From: Flavobacteriales bacterium | Lineage (GTDB): Bacteria > Bacteroidota > Bacteroidia > Flavobacteriales > Flavobacteriaceae | Assembly (NCBI GenBank): GCA_004213965.1 | Contig: SGZI01000001.1 | Coordinates: 7,763 to 71,762, forward strand | Reading direction: 5' to 3' | DNA: 64,000 bases | Shown: one piece after another, positions 31,831 to 40,463 of the stretch | How positions within the stretch are numbered: the first letter of the stretch is position 1 | How the letters are laid out: every line of letters starts with the position of its first letter | Translations under genes and position numbers: made by a program | The notes under the pieces: generated by a model | What the model was told of the DNA's origin: nothing | The model's input: the letters and a program-made list of their open reading frames with translations, nothing else | The model's database searches: none

Positions 31831-33474
31831 ATGGGGGATTATCAAATATCTGCAAGAAAATATAGGCCAAAATCTTTTAACGAGGTTGTTGGTCAGGAAG
31901 TCATCACTTCTACACTAGAAAATGCAGTTACAACTAAGCAGTTATCTCAAGCCCTGCTCTTCACAGGACCTAGAGGTGTTGGAAAAACAAGTTGTGCAAG
32001 AATACTTGCAAGGATGATAAATGAAGGCGGAATAGATAAAGACAATGATTACTCTTTTAATATTTTTGAATTAGATGCAGCATCTAATAATGGTGTTGAT
32101 GGAATTAGAAATTTAACAGATCAGATTAGAATTCCACCACAAACAGGTCATTTCAAAGTATACATAATTGATGAAGTTCATATGTTATCTTCCAGCGCCT
32201 TCAATGCTTTTCTAAAAACATTAGAAGAACCACCAAAACATTGTGTATTTATTCTTGCAACTACTGAAAAACATAAAATTATCCCAACCATTCTTTCTAG
32301 ATGCCAAATCTATGATTTTAAGAAGATTAGTGTTGAAGACATCTCATCATACCTGATTAATATCAGCAAGAAAGAAAAAGTTAAATATAACGAGAATGCG
32401 ATCACTGTAATTGCTAAAAAAGCAGATGGGTCAATGAGAGATGCACTTCAAATTTATGATAGAATATTGAACTCGAAAACAAATGAAATTTCTATCGAAA
32501 ATGTTATGGAAAGCCTTAATATTATTGATAATCAAGTTTATTTTGATCTATTAGACCTTATACTAGATAATAAGATTCCTGAATTATTAGTCTTATCAAA
32601 CACAATTTTGTCTAAAGGAATGCAAGGGGATTTATTAATTTCAGGATTAGGAACATTTTTTAGAGATTTACTAGTAAGTAAGGACCCCAAATCAATATCT
32701 CTTTTTAGTACAGATAGTGAAACAAAATTAAGATTTAAAGAAGCTTCTTCTAAAATTGATTTAAACTATTTAATTGAATCTATTAAGATTACAAATGAGT
32801 GTGATATTAACTACTCTAGGAGTATTAATCAAAATCTTCTAATTGAACTAACTCTTATGAAATTAGCATCATTAAATTATAATGATGAAAAAAAAAAGCT
32901 TAATTATAAAATAATTCCTGCTTCATATTTCAATTCAAATTTAATTATCAAAGACAACATTATATCAAAAGAAGAGATAATTGATGTTAAGCCAAAATTA
33001 GATTTTAAAATAGATCAAAAATCAACTTCTAGATTATCTCTTAAAAGTATTGAGCGTAAGGAAGATACTAATGAATTGTCAACTAATGATATTATAGAAA
33101 AACCCTCAGATAATGCTCCTTATACAGAATTAGATGTAATTGCATTATGGGAGAAGTATTCAGAAATGATGGAAGAAAATGGCAGATATAATATTGCTTC
33201 AATTTTAAGAATAGACAAGCCTGAATTAAATAATGAAACTATTGAACTTACTTTGCCAAATTCAACAAATAAGGTTGAATTAGAATCTGTAAAAACAGAA
33301 ATACTAGAATATTTTAGAGAGCATCTTAAGAACAAAGATGTTTATCTGAAAATCACAGTTGATGAGGGGGTTCAAGAAAAATTCATTTACACAGATAAAG
33401 ACAAATACGACCTGATGAAAAAAAAGAATCCAAATATAGAACTATTAAAAGATGCTTTTAACCTCTCTATATAG
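31831..33474 (+). CDS. dnaX: DNA polymerase III subunit gamma/tau
   Basis: 547 aa. Motifs are KYRPKxFxEVVGQ, GPRGVGKTS (Walker A), DEVHMLS and SRCQ. Confidence 0.95.
   Translation: MGDYQISARKYRPKSFNEVVGQEVITSTLENAVTTKQLSQALLFTGPRGVGKTSCARILARMINEGGIDKDNDYSFNIFELDAASNNGVDGIRNLTDQIRIPPQTGHFKVYIIDEVHMLSSSAFNAFLKTLEEPPKHCVFILATTEKHKIIPTILSRCQIYDFKKISVEDISSYLINISKKEKVKYNENAITVIAKKADGSMRDALQIYDRILNSKTNEISIENVMESLNIIDNQVYFDLLDLILDNKIPELLVLSNTILSKGMQGDLLISGLGTFFRDLLVSKDPKSISLFSTDSETKLRFKEASSKIDLNYLIESIKITNECDINYSRSINQNLLIELTLMKLASLNYNDEKKKLNYKIIPASYFNSNLIIKDNIISKEEIIDVKPKLDFKIDQKSTSRLSLKSIERKEDTNELSTNDIIEKPSDNAPYTELDVIALWEKYSEMMEENGRYNIASILRIDKPELNNETIELTLPNSTNKVELESVKTEILEYFREHLKNKDVYLKITVDEGVQEKFIYTDKDKYDLMKKKNPNIELLKDAFNLSI
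32892..32898 (+). other. Candidate recoding site: A AAA AAG slippery heptamer within an A10 run (32888-32897) in dnaX
   Basis: In-frame codons are gaa aaa aaa aag ctt. The -1 frame reads AAA AAA GCT TAA. The +1 frame reads AGC TTA ATT ATA AAA TAA. See findings. Confidence 0.4.
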
Positions 33475-34360
33475 TTAAATTATCTCCATAGCCCTCCTCA
33501 GCATCAATTTTTCTAATTATACCATCAGCCAAGCCTATTCTAGGAATGATTATCTGATTAGATTTAGAAAATTTCATAGATTTTAAATATATTTCTGTAG
33601 CAGGAATAATTACATCTGCTCTGTCTATATTTAGATTAAATTTTATAACTCGTTCATCAAATGAATATTTGTTTAATTCTACAAAAATCTCTTTAATTAA
33701 ATCTATAGACATAGGTTCTGCTATTTTTTTTCTAGAAATTTTAAGGAGTTTGTTTGCATTTCCACCTGAAGCAATTGTTGAAATATTTTTATATTCTTTA
33801 GTGTTATTTCTAATCCACTTTTCATACTCTGACCATACTTTAGTTTTCACTAAATCATTTAACATTCTAACAGTACCAATCTTAAATGATTTTGATTTAA
33901 TAATTTTCCCTTTATTTATAATAGTTAGCTCAGTGCTACCTCCACCAACATCTACATATAATAAATTATTATAATTATTAAAATCTTTAGCAAAGACATT
34001 TGCTATAATAGCTGCCTCTTCCTTTCCTGGTATTACGTTAATTTTTAAACCCAGCTTTTTATAAATGGTATTTATAATCTTTTTTGAGTTACTTGACTCT
34101 CTCATTGCTGATGTAGCACATATTTTATACTTATCAACCTTATTTACAGACATTAATAACTTAAAAGACTTTAGTGTTTTTTGTAGATCTCTTGCTTTTG
34201 TCTTTGATATTTTGTTGTAAATAAATACATCTTGACCTAATCTTATAGGAACTCTAATCAGGCTTATCTTTCTATATTGCTTTGACCTGTTTGGAATTAA
34301 ACCTACTATTAGTAACCTTATTGCATTTGATCCTATATCTATTGCTGCATATCTATTCAA
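33467..34360 (-). CDS. Ppx/GppA family phosphatase (short, two-domain form)
   Basis: 297 aa. Motifs are AAIDIGSNAIRLLI and DVGGGSTE, ASKHA-fold as in exopolyphosphatase. The 3' end overlaps dnaX by 8 nt. Confidence 0.8.
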   Translation of the reverse strand: MNRYAAIDIGSNAIRLLIVGLIPNRSKQYRKISLIRVPIRLGQDVFIYNKISKTKARDLQKTLKSFKLLMSVNKVDKYKICATSAMRESSNSKKIINTIYKKLGLKINVIPGKEEAAIIANVFAKDFNNYNNLLYVDVGGGSTELTIINKGKIIKSKSFKIGTVRMLNDLVKTKVWSEYEKWIRNNTKEYKNISTIASGGNANKLLKISRKKIAEPMSIDLIKEIFVELNKYSFDERVIKFNLNIDRADVIIPATEIYLKSMKFSKSNQIIIPRIGLADGIIRKIDAEEGYGDNLTI

Positions 34361-34381
34361 CCCTTGTGTATTCTTGATTAT

Positions 34382-35026
34382 TTATGGAGAAAGTCTTTTT
34401 TTAGCCCATTTAGAATTCTCTAATGAATAACTAATTCTGTCATGCAGCCTGTTTTCTCTTCCTTGCCAAAACTCATATTCAGTTGGCATTACTATGTATC
34501 CACCCCAATAATCAGGTTTTTCTATTTCATTATCTTTTAGTTTGGAAGATAGTTCTTTATATCTGTTCTCTAGTATTTCTCTGTTTGGAATTATCGAGCT
34601 TTGTTCATTAGAAACATGAGCAGAAATTTTACTTCCTTTAGGCCTTAAATTAAAGTATTCCTTATTAAAATCATCATCTGTCCTTTCAGCATTACCTTTT
34701 ATTATAACCTGTCTTTCTAAATCTTCCCAAAAAAAAGTTAATGAAACTTTATTGTTAAGATCTATTGCTTTACCCTTTTCGCTCCTATAGTTTGTAAAGA
34801 AAATAAAGCCTTTTTCAGAAAAATATTTTAACAGCACTACTCTACCCTTTGGATATCCATCAATTCCAATAGTACTTAAAATCATTGTATTGACTTCTCT
34901 TCCCTTAGAATTTTTATTTGAATCTTCAAACCAATCTTTAAACAGCTTAAAAGGGTTGTTAGGCGTGTTTTCCTCCAACAACTTCTGTTTTGAATAATTC
35001 TCTCTATAATTACTTAAATCTTCCAT
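34382..35026 (-). CDS. pdxH: Pyridoxamine 5'-phosphate oxidase
   Basis: 214 aa. The C-terminus WGGYxxxPxxxEFWQGRxNRLHDR is diagnostic. Confidence 0.92.
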   Translation of the reverse strand: MEDLSNYRENYSKQKLLEENTPNNPFKLFKDWFEDSNKNSKGREVNTMILSTIGIDGYPKGRVVLLKYFSEKGFIFFTNYRSEKGKAIDLNNKVSLTFFWEDLERQVIIKGNAERTDDDFNKEYFNLRPKGSKISAHVSNEQSSIIPNREILENRYKELSSKLKDNEIEKPDYWGGYIVMPTEYEFWQGRENRLHDRISYSLENSKWAKKRLSP

Positions 35027-35038
35027 TACAGCATTGTT

Positions 35039-35977
35039 TTATTGAATTTTAAATGTATTCTTCTTTGCAAGAAGATAAATAACAGCCATTCTAATAGCAA
35101 CACCATTTTCAACTTGGTCCAATATTATAGAATATTTTGAATCAGCAACATCACTTGATATTTCAACTCCTCTATTAATTGGCCCCGGATGCATGACTAT
35201 AATTTTATGATCCAATGAATCCAAATGATTCATTGTTAAGCCATAATACTTAGTATATTCTCTTATGCTTGGAAAAAAACTATTTTTCATTCGTTCATTT
35301 TGAAGTCTAAGCATATTTACAGCATCGCACCATTTAAGTGCTTTTTCTAAGCTATGTTCAATTTTTACACCAAGCTTATGTAAATACTTAGGAATTAATG
35401 TTTTTGGTCCGCAAACCATAACATTTGCTCCCTGAAGCTGTAGAGAATAAATATTTGATAATGCAACTCGGCTATGTTTAATATCTCCAACTATTAAAAT
35501 ATTTTTGTTTTTTACTTCCCCTAATTTTTCTCTAATTGAATAAGAATCTAAAAGGGCTTGAGTAGGATGTTCATGAGATCCATCTCCTGCATTTATTATA
35601 GAAGCTGAAATTTTATTAGATAACATCTTAGGAGCTCCTGGGTTAGGATGCCTTAATACAACCATATCAACTTTCATTGAAAGAATATTATTAACTGTAT
35701 CAATTAATGATTCTCCTTTTTTTACAGACGATTGTGATGCTGAAAAATTTATTATGTCAGCAGACAATCTTTTTTGAGCCAACTCAAATGAAAGCTTCGT
35801 TCTAGTAGAATTTTCAAAAAATAAATTAGCAATAGTAACATCCCTTAATGATGGCACTTTTTTAATTGGTCTATTTATTACTTCTTTGAAGTTGTCAGCA
35901 GTTTGAAAAATTAAATTGATATCTTCAATTGTGAGGTGCTTTATTCCTAAAAGATGATTAACACTTAATTCATTCAT
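35039..35977 (-). CDS. pyrB: Aspartate carbamoyltransferase catalytic subunit
   Basis: 312 aa. Motifs are FFENSTRTKLSFE, HEHPTQALLD and HPGPINRG. Confidence 0.93.
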   Translation of the reverse strand: MNELSVNHLLGIKHLTIEDINLIFQTADNFKEVINRPIKKVPSLRDVTIANLFFENSTRTKLSFELAQKRLSADIINFSASQSSVKKGESLIDTVNNILSMKVDMVVLRHPNPGAPKMLSNKISASIINAGDGSHEHPTQALLDSYSIREKLGEVKNKNILIVGDIKHSRVALSNIYSLQLQGANVMVCGPKTLIPKYLHKLGVKIEHSLEKALKWCDAVNMLRLQNERMKNSFFPSIREYTKYYGLTMNHLDSLDHKIIVMHPGPINRGVEISSDVADSKYSIILDQVENGVAIRMAVIYLLAKKNTFKIQ

Positions 35978-36521
35978 GTTCTTTAGTTGATTTTATATAA
36001 ACATAATTCCCCATAGATTCATCGCTCCATTCAATCGAAACCTTTTGATTTTCATACACGTCTACCTGTATTCCCTTATAGTCAGGTTGTATTGGAAGTT
36101 CTCTGCTAAATCTTCTATCAATTAAAATTAACAACTCAATAGATTTAGGTCTACCAAATGACTCTATTGCCGTTAAAGCAGCTCTTACAGTTCTTCCAGT
36201 GAATAAAACATCATCTATAAAAACAACGTTTTTATTTTCGACAGATAAGTTAAAATCTGTTTTACTCGGTTTTAAAATCTTTTCACCTCTTCTAAAATCG
36301 TCTCTATAAAAAGTTATATCTAAAAGTCCATTATTAGGATTTTCAATATTATAGTCAGATTTTAAAGCATGCACAATCTTTTCACATAAATATTTCCCTC
36401 TAGGCTGCAATCCAACTAAGATTGTATTAGAAAATGTATTATGATTCTCCACTAATTGGCAAACTAACCTATCTATAGTAATTTTTAATTCTTTTGAATT
36501 AAGGAGTATTGTTTTTTTCAT
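35970..36521 (-). CDS. pyrR: Bifunctional pyr operon regulator / uracil phosphoribosyltransferase PyrR
   Basis: 183 aa. It has a PRPP-binding VVFIDDVLFTGRTVRAAL motif. It overlaps pyrB by 8 nt. Confidence 0.88.
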   Translation of the reverse strand: MKKTILLNSKELKITIDRLVCQLVENHNTFSNTILVGLQPRGKYLCEKIVHALKSDYNIENPNNGLLDITFYRDDFRRGEKILKPSKTDFNLSVENKNVVFIDDVLFTGRTVRAALTAIESFGRPKSIELLILIDRRFSRELPIQPDYKGIQVDVYENQKVSIEWSDESMGNYVYIKSTKEHE

Positions 36522-36570
36522 AGAAAATATAATACCTAAATATAAAAATTAAAAACATTAATAACGAATC

Positions 36571-36598
36571 AAAAAAAAACCTCTCATAATTGAGAGGC
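36571..36598 (-). terminator. Intrinsic terminator after rpsA
   Basis: On the minus strand, CCTCTCA-ATTA-TGAGAGG (36597-36580) is followed by T9 (36579-36571). It starts 7 nt after the rpsA stop. Confidence 0.85.
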
Positions 36599-36604
36599 TT
36601 TTTC

Positions 36605-38548
36605 TTATTTTCCGTCCATTTTATCCTTTAGCTGTTTTAACTGTTCATTTGCATCACCTAATGTAGTTTTGATTTCTGGCTTTTCTTTCGCTTTTGACTT
36701 TTTCTTTTTAACAGGCTTCTCACTTTCTACTTCTTTTTTTGTATAAGTTTGAGAATGTGATAAAACAATTCGTTTTGAATCTTTATTAAATTCAATTACT
36801 CTAAAGTCAGCCTCCTCATTAACTTCTAATTTAGAACCATCTTCTTTAACTATATATCTAAGCGGTACAAATCCTGTTACCTCGTCATTAAATTTTACAA
36901 TTGCTCCTTTAGGAACCATTTCTTTTATTGACGATTTATGTATAGAATTCATTGCGAATTCCTCTTCATATTTATCCCAAGGATTTTCAGTTAATTGTTT
37001 ATGACCAAGACTTAATTTTCTGTTCTCTACGTCTAATTCTAAAACAACTATTTCTATGTTTTCATTTGCATTACAGAATTCACGAGGATGCTTAATTTTC
37101 TTCGTCCATGAAAGATCAGAGATGTATATTAATCCGTCGACACCTTCTTCTAATTCAACAAAAACTCCAAAATTGGTAAAATTTCGAACTATACCAGTAT
37201 GTTTTGAATCAACAGGATATTTTTTTGTAATATCAGTCCAGGGGTCGGGAGTAAGTTGTTTTACACCTAGAGACATTTTTCTTTCCTCTTTGTCAAAAGT
37301 CAGTATTTTAGCTTCGATTTGATCACCAACTTTTACAAAATCTTGTGCAGATCTTAAATGGGTTGACCAGGACATTTCAGAAACATGAATTAATCCTTCA
37401 ACACCTTCTGCTATTTCAATAAAGGCACCATAATCGGCAATAACAACTACTTTACCTTTTACAACATCTCCAATTTTTAAATCTTCACCTAATTCTTCCC
37501 AAGGATGCTTGCTTAATTGTTTAAGTCCTAATTGTATTCTAGACTTATCTTCATCAAAATCAAGAATCACTACCTTAAGTTTTTGATCTAATTCAACAAT
37601 CTCATTCGGATGATTAATCCTTGACCAAGAAAGATCTGTAATATGTACTAATCCATCAACTCCCCCTAGGTCCATGAATACACCATATGTGGTAATATTC
37701 TTAACAGAACCTTCTAGAATTTGACCTTTTTCTAATTGTTTAATTATTTCTTTTTTCTGGAGTTCTATATCTGCTTCAATCAATGCCTTATGAGAAACTA
37801 CAACATTCTTAAATTCATGATTTATCTTAACTACCTTAAACTCCATAGTTTTATTAACAAATTGATCGTAATCTCTAATAGGCTTAACATCAATTTGAGA
37901 TCCAGGTAAAAAGGCTTCAATTCCAAATACATCAACAATCATTCCTCCTTTAGTACGGCATTTAACAAAGCCATTAACAACTTCTCCAGTGTCATGTGCT
38001 GCATTAACCCTATCCCACGCCTGAATTACTCTTGCTTTCCTATGTGATAATATTAGCTGACCTGATGCATCTTCCCTAATGTCAATTAATACTTCTACTT
38101 TATCGCCAACAGCTAAGCTTGGATTATATCTAAATTCATTTAAAGATATCACTCCTTCAGATTTAGCATTTATATCTATTATTGCATCTCTCTCAGAGAT
38201 ATGCACAACAGTACCTTCAACAACTTCATTTGTTAGAGTTTCTACAAAATTTTCTTTAACTAGTTTATCAAAATCTTTAAGCTTTTCTTCATCAACTTTT
38301 TCAATTCCTTCTTCATAATTATGCCAATCAAATTCCTTAAGAAATTTATCAGGTGATTTTTCTTTTTTATTATCTGTTGAAGTTTCAGATACTTCTTTAG
38401 ACTCTTCTGATTTAGATTTTGCACTGGATTTAGCTTCTTTGTTTTTAGTAGATTTTTTAGGTTTTGATTCCTTTGAAGCTTTTTTAGGATTTATTTCTTT
38501 ATCCTTTTCTGAAGCATTTTCTTCAGTTTTTATGTCTTCTTTAGCCAT
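36605..38548 (-). CDS. rpsA: 30S ribosomal protein S1 with K/S/E-rich N-terminal extension and K-rich C-terminal tail
   Basis: 647 aa with six S1 (OB-fold) repeats (GxVxxxxxxGxxVD/L patterns). The FDWHNYEEG motif is typical of the Bacteroidota S1 N-terminus and is preceded by ~65 low-complexity residues. Confidence 0.95.
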   Translation of the reverse strand: MAKEDIKTEENASEKDKEINPKKASKESKPKKSTKNKEAKSSAKSKSEESKEVSETSTDNKKEKSPDKFLKEFDWHNYEEGIEKVDEEKLKDFDKLVKENFVETLTNEVVEGTVVHISERDAIIDINAKSEGVISLNEFRYNPSLAVGDKVEVLIDIREDASGQLILSHRKARVIQAWDRVNAAHDTGEVVNGFVKCRTKGGMIVDVFGIEAFLPGSQIDVKPIRDYDQFVNKTMEFKVVKINHEFKNVVVSHKALIEADIELQKKEIIKQLEKGQILEGSVKNITTYGVFMDLGGVDGLVHITDLSWSRINHPNEIVELDQKLKVVILDFDEDKSRIQLGLKQLSKHPWEELGEDLKIGDVVKGKVVVIADYGAFIEIAEGVEGLIHVSEMSWSTHLRSAQDFVKVGDQIEAKILTFDKEERKMSLGVKQLTPDPWTDITKKYPVDSKHTGIVRNFTNFGVFVELEEGVDGLIYISDLSWTKKIKHPREFCNANENIEIVVLELDVENRKLSLGHKQLTENPWDKYEEEFAMNSIHKSSIKEMVPKGAIVKFNDEVTGFVPLRYIVKEDGSKLEVNEEADFRVIEFNKDSKRIVLSHSQTYTKKEVESEKPVKKKKSKAKEKPEIKTTLGDANEQLKQLKDKMDGK

Positions 38549-38715
38549 AAATTAAAAATTTGTATTCTGAAAAGTAATCGACAGAATTAAGTAAGACTTA
38601 CTTTCAGAAGAAATTAATATATTCTTTCTATCCCTTTTGTCTTGTCGAATTATTACCAAAAGGAATGCGAATTTAATAATATTAAATTGAATAGCCTAAT
38701 TAGATGATTTTAAAA

Positions 38716-39402
38716 TTATAACTCAGAATTTATTAGTCTAATAATAATGTCTAACTGATCATTAATACTTAATTCAGAATTATCAATTACTACTGCATCT
38801 TTTGCTATAATTAATGGAGAGTCTTTTCTTTTTGTATCTTTTGAATCTCTATTTATAATATTCTCAAGAATATCTTTATATTCTACTGTATAGCCTTCAT
38901 TAATTAATTCATCATACCTTCTTTTAGCTCTAACTTGTTCAGATGCTTTTAAAAAAAGTTTCAAATCTGCATTAGGAAAAACTACCGAGCCAATATCTCT
39001 ACCATCCATTACTAATCCATTTTTGTTTTTAAAAGATTTTTGAATCTTAACTACAAACTTTCGTATTTCAGATATTTCTGCTACTAAGCTTACATATTCG
39101 GAAACTTCAAGAGTTTTTATTTCTCCTTCTATATTTTTATTGTTTAAATGTATTTCAGAAATTCCAGTTACATTATTTGTTCTATAATCTAATCTAATTT
39201 CTGGTAATAAATTTATTAAGCGATCTATATTTTCTTTATTTAAAGGAGTTAGCCCATTTTTTAATGCAAAAAAAGTAATTGCCCTATACATTGATCCAGA
39301 ATTGACATAAACGTAGTTAAGATGCAATGATAGTTGTTTTGCTAAACTACTTTTACCAGTTGAAGCATAACCGTCTATAGCAATAATAAATTTTTTCATC
39401 AA
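38716..39402 (-). CDS. cmk: (d)CMP kinase
   Basis: 228 aa. It has an IAIDGYASTGKSSLAK P-loop and DGRDIGSVVFP. Confidence 0.9.
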   Translation of the reverse strand: MMKKFIIAIDGYASTGKSSLAKQLSLHLNYVYVNSGSMYRAITFFALKNGLTPLNKENIDRLINLLPEIRLDYRTNNVTGISEIHLNNKNIEGEIKTLEVSEYVSLVAEISEIRKFVVKIQKSFKNKNGLVMDGRDIGSVVFPNADLKLFLKASEQVRAKRRYDELINEGYTVEYKDILENIINRDSKDTKRKDSPLIIAKDAVVIDNSELSINDQLDIIIRLINSEL

Positions 39403-40415
39403 TTTAAATCAATTTGTAGACCAAGGAAACTAACGTTTGATGCGCTAGAATATCTTGCATGACTATAATTAAAACGAAGTTTGTTAAATTTAATTCCAAA
39501 TCCAAATGATAAACCTGAAAAATTCTTTTGATCTATAATTCTTAATTCTTCTGCTCTTCTAAAACTATAACCTAAACGTAAATTAAAAATACTTTCAGGA
39601 AACAATTCTGCCCCAACGATAACGTGCCTTAGAAAATCATTCATAAAACTCACCTCCTCTTCAGTTATATTACCATCCAGGTCAATTATCAATCTAGAAG
39701 GATTAGATAATCCAATTGGCCATTTATGTATGTTTTCAAATGTAAAATGCCATTTTATTGGCGCATTTTCGACTAATTGAGAAAAACCCAAATCAACTTC
39801 GAATGGTAATTTCTCATTTATATTATCAAATGATTTTATTTGACCTCCAATATTTCTAAAAACTAATGCCACATCAAGCATTAAATCTTCATTTTTATAA
39901 TAGAATCCAATATCACTACCAATCCCTATAGAGTTATATTGCTCAAACTTCGATGTTATTAACTTTATATTAATACCATAATAAATAGGTAATTCATTAA
40001 ATTTATTTGCATACCCAGCTGATATTACTGTCTCATTACCTGTAAAATTATTTGTAGGTTCTCCAACTTCATTATATCCTTGAAAATCTCCATAATTTAT
40101 ATATGAAACACCAAAATGAAGAGTATTACCCCTATTATCTAACGTATATGCATATGCAGCGCTTCCATAAGTAATATCAGCAAAATAATTAAAGAAGTTT
40201 ATCGATAAATTATTGTCCATTTCAGAATTTATTACTGATGGATTATACAAGGCCTGACTAACATCGTAGTCAAAATTTGTTATTGTTTTACCTCCTAAAG
40301 CTAATTGTCTTGGAGAAGAAGATATATTAAGAAATTGGTATGTAGATTCTCCAGCTATTTGTGAAAACACTGGGATAGTTGTAGCTAGTATTATAATTAA
40401 TAAAGTATTCTTCAT
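39399..40415 (-). CDS. porQ: PorQ-like type IX secretion system outer-membrane beta-barrel protein
   Basis: 338 aa with a signal peptide and beta-barrel-like alternation. The N-terminal GESTYQFLNISSSPRQLALGG resembles the PorQ family as I recall it. The ATGA overlap with cmk matches the porQ-cmk arrangement seen in Flavobacteriia. Confidence 0.5.
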   Translation of the reverse strand: MKNTLLIIILATTIPVFSQIAGESTYQFLNISSSPRQLALGGKTITNFDYDVSQALYNPSVINSEMDNNLSINFFNYFADITYGSAAYAYTLDNRGNTLHFGVSYINYGDFQGYNEVGEPTNNFTGNETVISAGYANKFNELPIYYGINIKLITSKFEQYNSIGIGSDIGFYYKNEDLMLDVALVFRNIGGQIKSFDNINEKLPFEVDLGFSQLVENAPIKWHFTFENIHKWPIGLSNPSRLIIDLDGNITEEEVSFMNDFLRHVIVGAELFPESIFNLRLGYSFRRAEELRIIDQKNFSGLSFGFGIKFNKLRFNYSHARYSSASNVSFLGLQIDLN

Positions 40416-40463
40416 CTTAATTAAGAATAGATAATTATATGAATAAACTCTATTTATAGTTGA

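Noticed and set aside
36571-36604. Possible PyrR-binding attenuator upstream of pyrR. The hairpin contains TGAGAGG, reminiscent of the CCAGAGAGG PyrR-binding loop of Bacillus.
   Set aside because: The GAGAGG is in the stem, not in a terminal loop. There is only one hairpin, with no antiterminator or anti-antiterminator alternatives. The element is fully explained as the rpsA intrinsic terminator (stem plus T9, 7 nt after the stop).
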